Source: Anthoceros angustus
Taxonomy: Eukaryota; Plantae; Anthocerotophyta
Direction of reading: 5' to 3'
DNA length: 64,000 nt
Assembly (NCBI GenBank): GCA_010909165.1
Contig: VJWM01000144.1
Span: forward strand, 62,001 to 126,000
Numbering within the stretch: the first letter of the stretch is position 1; every line of letters starts with the position of its first letter. This document shows positions 24,590 through 38,200 of this stretch, one piece after another. The translations under genes and the position numbers were made by a program. Below the pieces are notes generated by a model, which worked only from the letters and a program-made list of their open reading frames with translations, ran no database searches and was not told where the DNA came from.

Positions 24590-25429
24590 TATACAAAAAC
24601 ATACAAAACCATACACAATGCAGAAACTACGGACATGACGAAATTATGGAACAATGAGGTCATTGGCCCTTTATCACACCGACTAAATCGCCATGAACCT
24701 GAGTACAAGGCGCTAGCGCGGTATAAATGACTCGATAGGAAGTAGTGCCAGAGCCGAGAATGCCCGAAACCGATGGATGAACACCTACAAAAACCAACAA
24801 AAACCAAACCAACTTCAGTTTCCAGCGAAATAGGGTTAGGATTTTTTCCAAAACCCCTTTTGACAGGAGAAACCCCTTTCTACACAGTTTTATCTTTAAG
24901 CTAAAAGTCAAAAAGTCAAAACCGATCGCATTGTCTGGTACCACAACCTAAGTACTGTCTGAGAACCATTTAAGGAAGCGGACACGACACAATAGCTGCG
25001 TCACCTTCCACTATAGAGGATTGACCCACAAATTTGCATCCACCTGATCCTGCACTTATTGAAAGGTGGCAGACGTCAGAACACACTGATGTTTCAAGCA
25101 CCTTGTTTGCCTCGTCTGCTAGTGTCACTCTGAATTGCTTAAGCGAAGTGGTCGATCTCTTGATTAAGTTAATTTCATTCACCACCACCTCCCAAAAATC
25201 ATGGTGTCTTGCTTGGAAAGCCTCACTGTTATCGTGTTCCAGATTAGGTTGAGATACAGGTTCCAAGGTTGAGATTGGCAAAATGATACGTTCGTCCACA
25301 TGGGTTATGTCGATTTGGGAGGTTTAGGAATAAAAGCTCCGAGGCAAGACTGAAAGAAATGGCTAAAACTCCCTACTGGGTTGGTGGTTGAATGACTCTT
25401 ATTTTTGGCATACGCATTAAGGGACCCCA

Positions 25430-26050
25430 ATAAGGGAGCCGAAGAAAGCTTGAAGGATGTTAAGGAAGGAATCGAATAAAACTTGAAGGATGTCAAAGAA
25501 GGAATCGAAGAGAGCTCGAAAGACGTCAAGCAATCAGATCAATGCGATGTTGAGATACCTTCTTGGCCTCTTTAACAAGGAGTTCACCTCCATCAAGGTG
25601 AGGGTGAAAACCAATCCTCTCGCGCTAGAGGTATACAAGGCTGGAGAATGAGATGGCGGTAAGTTTTCGCCTAGCTAAAGACGGTGTCCAATTTGTGCGT
25701 AACATGTATGTAGCCTATTCTATACTTACGTGTGTTATGCATGCTTATACTTTAATACATATGTTATCAACATCGTGCCTTCCTCTCCACGGCTTGCAGG
25801 GTCGCCAGTTGTCAGTGCCCTATGAAGATCAAATTTCCAATGCAAGACTTCGATGTATACTTTGATATATCCATAAAGTCCCCGAATTCACTATTAAAAA
25901 AAAAACTTACATATGTTATGCATGATCATCCATGATATATGCCTATACTCAGAGATGTTATGCGTGATCATCCCTTATATGCCTATACTCACAATGTTAT
26001 GCTAGGTCATCCCTAATATCCATATACTTACATATGTTATGCCTGATCGT
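25430..26050. repeat. Degenerate minisatellites (33-bp and ~40-bp units) within TE-like DNA
   Basis: GAAGGATGT.AA.GAAGGAATCGAA units at 25440-25530; ATACTTACATATGTTATGCATGATCATCC-like units at 25720-26050. Confidence 0.7.
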
Positions 26051-26778
26051 CTTAGGAATGTAGTCGTCTCGAAGAATGAGTGAAAGCCTAAAGCCTCAAG
26101 ACATGATAATATAGGTGAACCTTGAGATCAACTAGAGGGAGAGAGATAGCAGATAAAACATTGAACTAACAGAATCAGATATTGAGCTGACAAGAGGACG
26201 TCACATTGACTTACCACTTTGTTGCTTTGTTGCAATTGGTGTGAACCACTCACTCAACGTGCTTTGTTTCTTAGTAAATGCCCTCATTCTTTTTGTCAAT
26301 TGTCACATCAATTTGAGATGACTGTCCACCTTCTTTCGTTGTCCATTGTCACATATGGGGAATGCCAATACCTTGCTCTTCCATGATATGGTCACTTTGC
26401 TGGGCAGAGTCTATCAATCTTTCTAGAACCATTTCATTTGACCTGAGGAAGCGTAGAGAGACAGAAGAAAAGACGAAGCAACCTTATCATGAATAAGTGT
26501 CATACATGGGAGATGGCAAGTCCAAGGGAAGACCGCATTGCCCATACTTAATCATTAAATCGGCAGGTTTTTGACCATCCTCCAAAGATTATCAATTATG
26601 AGAAAACATAATATATTTACTCCTTTTGATCGCTTTGACCAAGTAGTAGAAGAGATTGAGCCAATGGAAATAAATGACCGCAAGTATGTGCTACCGAGTG
26701 TGAGAAATTTATAATCAATTGAACTTGATTGGATAGTGCATTGTATTAATCTGATGGCCATTTATGTCCCCGATGCTA

Positions 26779-26846
26779 AAGTTGTGAGATGCTAGGTCCC
26801 ATTACGCAAATGCCGTCCTTAGTGGACGATAATAAAATGCTTCTTC
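26779..26846 (+). mobile_element. Degenerate copy of the LINE-like stem-loop/(TTC)n 3' tail
   Basis: AAGTTGT...GTCCCATTACGCAAATGCCGTCCTTAGTGGACGATAATAAAATGCTTCTTC aligns to the reverse complement of 54532-54606. Confidence 0.7.
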
Positions 26847-27367
26847 TAGTGCTGTCTCTTATTCGTCTGACCGGCAGTTCAATTTCCATAACCTAATTCT
26901 CGAATGAGCCCTCCAATTCCATTGTCCGCAACGGCCCCAGAAGATGGCGCCCTCAGCGGCACGGGTGCATGTATGTATGTACAGTATTGTGCAGCACGGC
27001 TTGCTCGTGAAGTCTGCAAAGCTGGCCCAAGACGAACTGGTCCGCATATGCTCAGACCCGTGAGATATTTTAGTACCGCTCGAGTTTTTCACCAAAGGCA
27101 GCGAACTATCCCCGACCAATGTAGCAAGGTGCACAACACCGAGAAATTATCATTGAGATGCGCAGTGCACACTACAGTTGTTATACATTCACGTTACACG
27201 ACCCACAGGCCTTGGATTTTGTGTCTAAAACACGTGCACCCAAAGAGAGAATTGTACTAAAAAATAAGGCAAAGGCAGCACGACGTCTCCCTACCACACC
27301 GCTGAAACATGGCAGATGCGAGCTCCGGCGCCCAAAACCCGTTCTTCAGGGACCCAGCAGACAGATT

Positions 27368-27946
27368 TCAGGGCTGAGGTGCATGGCCTTCAGGAGCGGG
27401 AGCAGGGGCCTCAGGAGCGGGAGCAGCAGGAGCATCTTCAGGAGCTGGAGGGGGAGCAGTGGCTTCAGGAGCTGGAGGGGGAGCAGCGGCTTCAGGAGCT
27501 GGAGCTGGAGCAGCGGCTTCCGGAGCTGGAGCAGCAGCAGTGTGGCTCTTCTGGTAGCTGCTCAGATATCCCTTGGCCTGGGTGATGTAGGTGCCGTAAG
27601 CGCCCTCGTCCAGCGACGTTTTCGCAGAGACGCCGTCCAGAAGGTCGGATGCTGCCCCGGCTAGCTGGCCGTAGTCCACACCCTCGCCCTTGTTGGATGC
27701 TGCTGCGAACACCACCTGGGCGCTGCTCAGCAGCTCCTGGTAGGACGGATCTGCTTCCGGAGCAGCAGCAGGAGCACCCGGTGCCACAGCAGCTGGTGCA
27801 GAAGCCGCATCTGGAGCGGCAGCAGGGGCGGCTTCCGAGGAGATGAAGGAGGAAGCCAATTGGGTCACCTCGGTGAAGGTTCCAGCCCCCTCCTGCCCGC
27901 CGGAGGCGGCCTTGGCCAGACCCTGAACCTTGCTGAAGAAAGACAT
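27368..27946 (-). CDS. Nodulin-related protein 1 (NRP1)-like protein with Ala/Pro-rich repeats, 192 aa
   Basis: ELLSSAQVV...LAGAASDLLD...LDEGAYGTYITQAKGYLSSY matches the NRP1/NRP2 core. APAPEAAAP repeats. TATA-like CTATATA ~80 bp upstream. Confidence 0.8.
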   Translation of the reverse strand: MSFFSKVQGLAKAASGGQEGAGTFTEVTQLASSFISSEAAPAAAPDAASAPAAVAPGAPAAAPEADPSYQELLSSAQVVFAAASNKGEGVDYGQLAGAASDLLDGVSAKTSLDEGAYGTYITQAKGYLSSYQKSHTAAAPAPEAAAPAPAPEAAAPPPAPEATAPPPAPEDAPAAPAPEAPAPAPEGHAPQP

Positions 27947-28358
27947 AGCCGCTGAGTGGAGCTTGGAAGAGCAGGAAGAAGGTTGACGAGATCTGTGAAT
28001 GATGGAGAGGGCCCGGCCCGGGTCTAGATATAGAGAGCGCTAGTGGTAGTCATGATAGAGATCGTGCACAGGAGCACACGGGATATCGGATATCACCGAC
28101 AATCCGATCAAGCCATGTTCTCCGCGTTTCTTGCCCTTTCCACAGCCTGTCGTGACCATGACCTTCTACCCCAGAAAGTAGCTAAAGTAACACTCGTCCG
28201 GCAGTAAGCACAGCCATCCCCTTCCCGGAGAAAGCTTCCTCCAATCCCTCTCCTGCCTCCTGAAGGTGGTCCCCATGCTGACATGCCTCCGGTGCTGCAC
28301 CACCGACATGAAAGCTGCTTCTTGTACAATATCAAACAATACTTAACTCCTCCAAGCT

Positions 28359-28916
28359 TCAGAAGTCCAGTCTACGTCGCGTGCCTGTGCCCTGCAAGCC
28401 CGTTCTTGCGGCAGGTTCCCTCCTCGGCTTAATTGGAGCAGCTGGAGGTTGCAACTCAACTGCTGGAGGTCTCTCTGGAGTAGTTTCTCCGGACACCACA
28501 CATTTAGCTGGAATTTCCCTCCCAGGAAATTGGAGCGGCTTTTCAATCCGTGTCTGCTCCACGGATTTCTTCACCTCTGTGTTCATACGACTTGTCAAGG
28601 GGAGACCATTGCTAAGGCCTCTCCCATCCACTTCAGCAGGAGAAATGCGGCTATCTTGAGTTGTTCGACGCCGGATATCACCTTCTTCTGGTGTCAAGGG
28701 AGGCAGTATTCTACAATGCGAAGGAGACGATCCTTCGCAGTTTCCTGTACCACCGCTGCTTGCTTCAACATGATCACCTGCCCCCGGACTCCCCGCTTGC
28801 AGAACCACAGAGTGTGCGCTGCCTTCAGACATCTCAGCAACATTGTTGGAGCAACGTGATTCCCCGGGCTGTGTCTCCATTACGCGTCCTACCCAGGGCC
28901 TTGTGCCGGTGGTCAT
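28359..28916 (-). CDS. Hypothetical disordered protein, 185 aa, ending RRRLDF
   Basis: ATG-initiated ORF with a possible splice acceptor upstream; no recognised domain. Confidence 0.35.
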   Translation of the reverse strand: MTTGTRPWVGRVMETQPGESRCSNNVAEMSEGSAHSVVLQAGSPGAGDHVEASSGGTGNCEGSSPSHCRILPPLTPEEGDIRRRTTQDSRISPAEVDGRGLSNGLPLTSRMNTEVKKSVEQTRIEKPLQFPGREIPAKCVVSGETTPERPPAVELQPPAAPIKPRREPAARTGLQGTGTRRRLDF

Positions 28917-29319
28917 CTTTGCAGGAGCTCACAGGCAGAAACAAATCCTGCAGAGCGTCCCCTATTTCTGCCACCTGAATCGACTGATCAGCGTCCGGAG
29001 ACGGTTAGCCTTACCGCTAACACCAGAGACCGTTCGCAACTTCTGGCGCATCGAAGCACAAAGAACTTCTGCAGAATTCGCGGTCAGCACAACATGCCAC
29101 AACCGAATTGCCAAGAAATGGCCTCAGTCGATTGCCGATGAGCAGATTTCAAAGACTGTCAAGATGCAATGAGCAGCAAAAACAAAGATTCCGGAAAAAT
29201 TTTGCAGTCGAAGCCTTCTCGATTGCGGCCGTCTCGACACCATCCGCCGCCACCGTTCAATCAAGATTCTTGACGGTGACAGAAATCGCAGCTCACAATC
29301 TCGAGCAGGACTGCTCGCC

Positions 29320-32300
29320 GATGTTGGAACTGCGGACGGGGTTAAGACCGTTGGAGGAGGAGATCACGTCAATACTGTGCGTGACGGGCGTAAAGGCTGT
29401 CACGAGTCATGACCGTTGCAAAGCCGTCTCGAGTCGAATGTTGAGAAAGTCGAAACCCTAGCTCTAACATTTGCAGGGATGCGTCTGAGCGATGTTCGTC
29501 TGATGCAGGGTTGTGCTGGATGGCCTGCGGGCATCAGCAAATAGATGGGATCAAAGCTTTGCTGATGCTTGAGGAATGTCAGCAATTTCTACCTCCATAC
29601 CGATGATCTCATTCTGAGGGGCCCTGGGAGCAACAGGATCGTGGCTGACCTGGTGGTCCCAGAACTCCCAGAGTGTGAGCAAATGTTGGAGCTTCTGTGT
29701 ATGGGATTTTGCGGAGGGACGGGAAAGCAGCGTATGTGCTGCAGCAAGAGGCCATTTCTTATGAAGTCCTGGGCTCTGCAATTGCACTGGCATTATGGAT
29801 GCTTGATGTCGTAGTTGTGTTCCTCGCAAGCTATGCTTGCTGAAATGGAGGACTCCAAGCCTGTCGTTGTGAAGACAGGCAGCAATGTCTCCGAGAGCGT
29901 GAAGGCAGATGTCCTGGAAAGGTTTGGGGCCACTCTGTTTGAAATGCAGGACCATTTTCAGGATGCTTTGTTCTCAAAGGATGTTGCAGAGGATAAGAAC
30001 GGGGATACTATCCGTCTAGCTCAGGTATGGGACAGTTGGCGATGGTGGAACTTGGAATTCTTGGTGAAGCAGTGCGTGAGGAAGCTTGTTGTTGGGGTTT
30101 TGAGTTGCAGAAAAACTTTATGGTGGAGCACGCCACCGTCAGACGGCTGCGTGCAAAGCTTCGAGAGAAGGAGAAGCTTGTCATGTCTTTGCAGAAGGCC
30201 ATTGGGGCTGCCTGTGAAACTGCCCTGGACCAGAAGGATAAGGAGGGGAAAGAAATTGCAAGCTTGCACAATGTTTTGTCTCTCAGAGATGAACGCAGCT
30301 TGCAGGATGTGAAGGCTGCTTTGAAGGTGATTATATCTCTAGGGTATCACACCTGTCACTTGTTTGTCGCCTATGGTTGCTGATGGACATTGTGGGAGCT
30401 GGTAGGATATGATTAAGGAAAAACCGGAAGCAGCCAAAGGGTTGGCTGCTGATTTAGCAGGTCTTCTTGATGACAAACTTAGTGACCTCCTGGCGAAACA
30501 TGATCGCAAGGTTGAGGAACTCCATGGAAGCTTGGACTCATGGAAAAAACGGTAGGGTGTTATTTGATGCTGAGTCTCTCTCTGGACCTCGACGTGGTCA
30601 CACTGTTACGTCTAGAGCAAACAGTCACAGCCCTTGAGGATGTATCAGAGGGCTGCTTTTCAGATTCTGAACAATTTGACACTTGATTTTCTATTTAAGA
30701 TGCCGAGACCTGGAAGGTCAAATCGCAGAAAGTAAGCAGGCTCGACTGAAAGATACTAGCCCACAGGTATGAGTGATCCAGTTCAGAATCTTTAGGTTGG
30801 TATACGAGGCTAGGCACGACGGAAAGCAAATTGTCTATAAGTACTGCAGGAACTTCAGCTGGTGCCACATTCACCCTCCCCCAGAAGATCAGAGGCATTC
30901 GTGGAAAAGCTCAAGCTCAGACTTAGTAAGGTTTGAGATTTCCATGGATGTTTCTCCAGACCTTGCTGCGTATTAGAAACAGCTGGGTGTAGTAGGCAGA
31001 CGCTTTGCTGTCTGTTGATTGCAGGCAGTTTCCGATATTGGAATGAAGAGAAATCAAGTTAACTCAGGGAGGCGGAATTTGCAGGTGTCAAGGAATGTAA
31101 AGTACGACAACTGATAGACCAGAATAAGGAGCTGCAGCTTCAGCTTGCTCGTGCCTTAGAATCAAGCATTGACGCGAACCTTCAAAGGAGCATAGCTCAG
31201 AACTATGAACGAGCACGAAGGAAGGCACAATACCTGGAGGACCTTGTTACCAAGTTAAAGAAGGAGGTTCGGTACTTGAAGAGCACACCATCTAATAGTG
31301 GTGTTGAAGCTGGATTAGAGATTGTGAAAGTACTACACATAGAACTGACTCATAAATTTGTCTTTTGTCCAGTGATGCTGTTGTGCAGCGGGCACACAAA
31401 AGACTATCACGGACATGGGTTATATTCGCATTGACTTGTTCCTTTGCAGGTGAGAAAGTTGGAGCAGGAGCTAGAGAGCGAGCGCAAGAGAGTTCAGGCC
31501 ATGGTTTTTGAACTTGCCCAACAACGGAACAAGAAATTGGAAGCCAAAAGTCGCAATCCAGTTTCAGAAAGCTCTCAAGCTGAAGCCAAGGCAGTGAAGC
31601 TGAAAGAGGTTGTCCATGAACTGACAGCCAAGATCTGCAAGCTACAGCATACTTACCAACAACTATCGTCTAAGTTTCGTGGGGTGAGAGCCAGTTCTGG
31701 CGCTGCAGATGTTTTTGATGACCTGTGCCTTACACAATCAGCTAGAGATATGGATACAAAAGAAGTGCATGCCAAACTTCTGGGCCGGATCAAGGAGATA
31801 CAGAAGAAACTGACCCAGTGTCAAGAAGATTTGAACGTCAGTGAGACAAACAAGCAATTCTTCGAAGAAAAGCTGCAGATCATGGAGGAACGGGCTCTAA
31901 GGGCAGAGCTCAAGCTAGCTACTTCAGGGAAGAAAAAAGCGGTTGACCTTCAGAAGACTACTGACGAAGATGCCTCTTCAAATGCGGGAATGAAGAATCC
32001 TAGACTTCAGAAAACGAGAGCTTGCCCAGGATGTGTTTCATTTGAGGAAAAAGAGCCAGAGTTTTATGAGCTCATACTGCTATCGGACACCCGTGGCGTG
32101 CCAGAATGTACTTTAGGTGGGCATGAGGAGTGGCTAAAGCAAATCCAGGCATTTAGGCAACATATGAATGAGGCAACAGGTGATAGGAAGGTAGTGTTTG
32201 CCAACGAGGCTCTGATTTTGGAGTTAGGCTTCACACATGAGGGCGCTCAGTGCAAGCTGTTATCCAAGAGAAAACTTCGTGTCGCTCCCCATGGAAACAT

Positions 32301-33421
32301 GGTATCCAGTGACAGCTGTCAAAGAGAGACTAGTTGTGGGTTAGATCCAGAAACTGCTATTGCACGTTTGAAAAACGATGTGGAGCAGTTGAGGAATGAA
32401 AATAACTCATTGAGGGAGACGCGACCAAGCAATTTGAAGTACATGAGTCTTATGAAGAAGAACAAGGAGGTGAATAAAGCTCTGATAGAGCTCCAAGGCG
32501 AAGTTGCCAAAGCCAGTAAACTTGATTCTTTCCTGGAACTGACCACAATGGAGGAGATCCTCAGAGGTCGGGGTAGCTTCTGAACTCTCACGTCTCCATC
32601 TGCCTCCACACGTCCATGGTCTGCCTTCGCAAGTTACGTCGTCTCATCAGATTTCATGAATTGCTTCAGGCTTGAGGGGAGGTCTCAAACGATGGTCTGG
32701 CAATTCACCTTGGATTCAAGCACTGGCGAAGTTAAACACTTGCTGTGCAAACCTCAAAAAGAAGGTCCCGAAACTCGCTCAACCTCGTAATAGGCAGTGG
32801 CTCCCCCATATCCTATTTCCCTCTAATATGGAATCTGGCTTTGCTGTTCAGCTTGCAAGTACTTTTGTACTAAAACCTGCTAAGGAGAACACCCTCCACG
32901 CCCAAAATGTGAAGGAAAGCGTGAAGAATTGGAAAGCCGATGTGCAGAGCTCCAAGAACAATGTAAAGAACGATCCTGAACTGGCACTTAGATTGGAAGA
33001 GCAAGCGTTACAGTTGCAGCAGTTGCAGCAAGAGTTGAGCCAGAAAATCCAGGCTATTTCCAACCTCAACATACAGCTGGACAGACGAGATAGTGAGCTG
33101 AATTTTCTGCACGAAAAGACCAGTGATACAACAGTGCAGCACTGCTGTCAGCATTTAAGGGAAAACATCGAGAACCTGCAGGCGGAAAATATGAGGTTGA
33201 AGAACTCAGCAGCTAGTGGCAGAGTTTTGAGGGAGGTGGACGATCTTAAAATTGAACTTTCTGAGGTCTACCAGGTAACAATACATTTGTGTAGTCCACA
33301 GATTTCATGACAACTGCTTCTAAAACTTTGAGACTTGCGCCAGGTGTGCGGCAGATATGAACAAATGTTGATCCAATACACCGGGCAACTTGGTGTTCCA
33401 TTCAAGCCGTCACGATTTTGA
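29320..33421 (+). CDS. Long multi-exon coiled-coil protein of unknown family (5' structure uncertain, may be partly disrupted)
   Basis: E/K/Q/L heptad-rich ORFs 30027-30327, 31451-32570 and ~32850-33273, plus last exon 33344-33421, flanked by plausible GT-AG sites. Confidence 0.6.
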
Positions 33422-33907
33422 TCAGGATTTACGTTCAACAATCGATTATGACAATTGACTTAAGGTTGCATCAGAAGCTTGGGTGCGTCTGAGAAAGCTT
33501 AGTGAAATTAACAGCTGCACCAAACCCACCAAACTGTCGTTACCAATAGCTGACTGCATGGTACATTGATGCAGGGGATGCTGCAGATGGTTGAAACTCT
33601 ATACTGCCCCGTCCAAAAAGCATTAAGGAAAATCCAGATTATTCGCACTGAAAAGACCGAGGCAAACAGATTATCTAGAGAGATGCTACAGCTTCATGTC
33701 CCTGTTTTGCTTCACAGGTCAATCTTCAGCAGGACCGATAAAAGTTCAACCCCATGCATTTGATGGGTTCACCACTAATTTCAGGCTTCTGACGTTACTA
33801 TGTCTACAAGACTCCCGAGCCTAAAGAGATTGACCTCTCTGCCGCTGGAGTGAAGTACTGTACAAACTATGAAGTATCGTACGAACTATGCCTTAGCTTT
33901 ACTTCGT

Positions 33908-36900
33908 CTAAACATAGTACACCATGCCCACCTGCAAGAGATTTTCATGAGGTATTTTCAACGTCACAATGCTATCTCTGCATATTCTGCGGAGGAAGGA
34001 ATAGCAGCCATCTATCAGTAACCTGTTCATGAGACCAGACTCTCTCCTGGCCCGCACAGAGGTGTTTCCCAGAAGATGTACCAGACCAGCCTCCTTACCC
34101 CTGGCGAGAAAAGCCAACTCTTCTTCCAATACGGCATCCGCATCTTGCGAGCTGTACGTACTCAACTCACCTTCACTTGCGATGCTCCTATGCCCAATAC
34201 TAGCAATCTCGGAGCTCCCCTCTTGCTTCGCTCCCTCAAGTTGTGCAGCCCAGATTGCACCCAGAACTCTACTTTGCAAGCTCTCTTCCTCTGACTGCAG
34301 CAAATAACTGCCCAGCGCCTCTTTCCTTAAATGGCTTTCCAAACTTTTCATGAGAACTTCCTCAAAATCATCATCCTTCTTGTGCACATCTGTATAGCCG
34401 TACCTCACAGCACACCGGAACATACAGTACTGTTTAGGTCCAATGCGTCTGAACAAGAATCTCTCTCTATCAATGACCGTGGCCACTGGGAGATACTTGA
34501 TGCAGACAAAGATCACAGTTGAGTGCATGGCTGGGAGATTGGTGATGAAATGCGAGAAGATAGAGGGAACTCCATGGGCTAGCTCGGTATAGACGAGCCC
34601 AACACCAGGTACTCTGACGAGCCCAAGGCTGGGACCAAGACTCGCAATATAGCCCACCGAGACCTTGTTCTGCATCTCAAACTCGTATCTCTTCAGACTT
34701 CCGTAGTGCCAGGAATACATTACAGTCATGAGGGCCGCAGATATGACGATGGGCACCCACCCTCCCTGAGCCGCCTTGGACAGGACAGCAGATAGGTATA
34801 CAGACTCAATAAATCCGAAAAACAGCAGGAATCCGAGAGCCAGAAGAACGTGTTTTTGCCAAACTACTACCATGATGAGCGCTGTTAGGCAGGTTGTTAC
34901 CAGAAACACAGCCACAACAGCTATACCTGCATAAAATAACCTTCACCGTTACTCTGTCTGGCAAAATTCCAGCCGCCAAGTCACCACAAACACAACTAGA
35001 CCATTGCATAGTTTAGCCTACCGTAAGCATTGCCAATCTGAGTAGTATCTTGAAACCCGGCGACGACAACAATTGAGAGGCCCATAAGAATCCAATTCAC
35101 TTCAGGGATGTATATCCTTCCCCACAGCTCCTTTGAAGTGTGAATTATCTTCACCCGAGGAAAACAAGAAAGGGCTACAGACTGCTTGACAATGGAAAAC
35201 GTTGCTGAAATTATCGCTTGGCTGCCAATTATGGCAGCAAAGGTAGCCACAACGAAGATAGGCCAATACAGTGGATCTGTTCACACCCCAACAATTTTGA
35301 TGCCCAGTCAACAACAACCAAAAAAAGCCACACGACGTCAGAATCACCTGAGCAAAGCTTGCCTGGAAGTGACTTGTAGAAAGCTTTATGCACATCTTCA
35401 GGATGTTCCAAAAGGTAGGCTCCTTGACCAAAGTAAGCCAACATCAAGCAGGGAAACACCAGCGTCATGAAGGCAACCTGATCGGGGTCACATCCATCCG
35501 ACATCATGAGAGTCAGATTAAACACCTAGACTGAGAACCCCACAAGAGAACCACAGGAAGACTTACCCGGATTGAGGTGTCTGTAAAGTGCCCCAAGTCA
35601 GCAAACAGTGCCTCCGTACCTTTCACAAAACGTACCCAACATCAGGCCGGATGCAGGTTCAAAAGTAATGGAATTGATTGAAACTTCACATCGAAAGTTG
35701 GCAGCTCACATGGGCATCGGAGCACTCACCAGTAATAGAAAGCACTACCCCACCAAGAGAAGCCCATCCTCTGTGCTTGTTCCTTTGAAAATACTTGATC
35801 AGGTAGTGAGGAGAAAGAGCTCGGAACACCGAGGTATCATGCCGCACAATATTGTAGATTCCAACTACCCCAATCGAAAGAAACCATACCAGTACCACCG
35901 GAGCAAAGAGGAATGCCACCTTAGTCGTCCCAGACCGCTGCATGGCGAACAAAATGACCAATATCCCAATGGCCAACAGAACAACCATGTCTGTGAACAA
36001 ACCGGAAAGTAATCAGCTCATACGTCTCTCACCAAACATAGCCCCATACTCAATACAAGGGCAGAAGTGAGGTGTATGACTCACCTTGGCTCAAGCTGTT
36101 GTTCTCAGTTCGAATACCATCAACTGCCGACAGAACTGCAGCCGTGATGCAACCAGATTTGAGATCATCTTGTCACGATGAAACTGAGTCTTCACGGAAT
36201 CAAATAATGCAATCCCCAAAAGGTCGGGACACAGCCTAGAGTCCAGGCAGCTAAAAGACCATTTTTTTAATTTTCAGGACTAGGTAAATGTCTGGAGTGA
36301 CTTCAGTAGCAAGCAGAATCATACCTGAAATGGCAGGAGTCAAAATGCCATCCCCGATAACCATGCACGTTCCCAAAAGCACTAGGACAAGCAACATATT
36401 CTGCCAAAACTTGCTTTGCTCCAACTTGCGCCTCAGCTTGTAACCCAGACTACTAGGAGGTAGTTCCTTCTTGACGTAAGTCGTAAGCTTCTCATCACTT
36501 GGATGCTTGTTTGGCAAAGAGCTAATATTTACATGCCGGCAAATCAAGGAATAGAGAGCAAAGGTTCCACCTTCACATCACAAACATCACAATGCCTTTC
36601 AGCTCACTCCTACAACCCTGGGATGCTGACCGAAACCAACAGGAAGCAGCATCCTCACCTTCCCCAAGGTCACTGGCTCTCAACACTATGAAGACATACT
36701 TAATCACAGGAATCAGCGTAACAGTGTAGAACACCAGGCTGAGAGCTCCCAACACGTCCTCCACAGGATTCTCTGGGTTTATCCCATTGGAGAAAATGCT
36801 TCTGAACACATACAACGGGGACGTGCCCAGGTCTCCGTAAACAACGCCAAGACTCTGGAAAGCCAAGCGCAGAGTCACCACCACAGGCAGTACCTGCAGA

Positions 36901-37146
36901 CAGGAGACACACGAACTCCCTCAGAATCCGCACCCTCCCTCAGGATTTCAATCCGCTTCCAAAGACTGCAATTATCCAAATCAAGAAGAATCAGCTCACC
37001 TGCACACCACCTCCCATGCCGTGTACACGACCAGCCTCTTCCCCTATCGGTTGATCCAGCGCTTGGTCTAAATTCCAAAACGGCCCTCGGCCATCTAAAT
37101 TCTCCGCACCTGCTTCGAGATCCGACATGTCTGCCATCTCCTCCAT
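33908..37146 (-). CDS. KUP/HAK/KT potassium transporter (N-terminus resembles KUP9/10/11 clade), multi-exon
   Basis: [71 protein letters not shown]; exon 1 [17 protein letters not shown]. Confidence 0.96.
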
Positions 37147-38100
37147 ACTCCGAGGTGAACTCTAAGCGAGCACAGTAGCTATCCGTACCAAACCGACAGC
37201 CATGGCTGAGCTACAAACACATCCACAAATCCAAAACAAGAAAGAACTACACAATCCGACTCGGAATCCTCACAAAACCCGCACCATCCGCACGCGTGAA
37301 TTGGATTCTGACAGTGAACAGCATCAGACAAATTCCACAACCCTGTTCCGCTACCACTAGAGCAAAATTGGCTTCCGAGCAGCTGCAAATCGGCACCACA
37401 TCGGCACTCCGAGCCGGATAGCGTGTTCGTTGGGAACGGTGAGATCCCAGGAAGGAAGTACGCAGCTACATATACTGCCGTAACGGGAACGGGGCTTGCG
37501 CTATTTATGGCCAAGCGAGGTCCCGCCATCTCCATTTTGCAGAAGCTCAAGCCAGAGGTGCTTCCTGGAGCAGCTGGGACTTCCTGGGCCCAGGAGTCAG
37601 GACGCGGTGCGTTTCAGACAGCAGGTGGCTTCCTATTTCCGGCTGCAACTGCGTCTTGCCAAATACGCTATGCGAAGCTTCCCGGGCGATGTGAGGCCCA
37701 CCTTGGGCGGCTACTGCAGATTCCGCTTTCCCGTTTTGCTCAAGCCCGCTCATTACTTCAGCTTCAGCCAATGGTCACAGCACACTTCAAGCCATCGGAC
37801 TTTTGCTACCTGCTGTGTAAAAATTAATTAATGGAGGTAATTGACGTGCCACTTTGGGCGGCAAATTGTCCAAACTCAGGGATGTATGGAGTGGCGAAAG
37901 GGGGTCTCTTACCCCCTTTTGGCCATTACGACAAGCTATTCGAGATTGGCAACGGTGAACGTAGTGGGGTACCTACTACGGCGTGTGGACTGCGGAAAAG
38001 GGCAATAATGTTACCGTACACTGCAAAAAAGGGCAATACGCATATGCTATACAGATTCAAGCGGGCAGACGAAAACGTGTGCTATTAATAATAGGGGCTC

Positions 38101-38200
38101 AAAGTTGAAGAAACGAAGAATTCTATTCTAAGAAGAATTTTATTCTAAGAAGTCCACTAAGGACGGATTTCCGTCATAGGATTTGGTACTTAACAACTGC
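38101..38200 (-). mobile_element. LINE-like stem-loop/(TTC)n 3' tail
   Basis: GTCCACTAAGGACGGATTTCCGTCATAGGATTTGGTACTTAACAACT, near-identical to 54557-54604, preceded by GAA-rich repeats. Confidence 0.8.

Noticed and set aside
26200-26600. Ty3/gypsy integrase/chromodomain remnant
   Set aside because: Only a faint LDLP-like peptide; no LTR, PBS or intact motifs.
22036-26851. Full CACTA element from CACTA (22036) to TAGTG (26847-26851)
   Set aside because: The TIRs do not match beyond a few bases, the 3-bp flanks differ (AAA vs CTG), and the right end is explained by the LINE-like tail.
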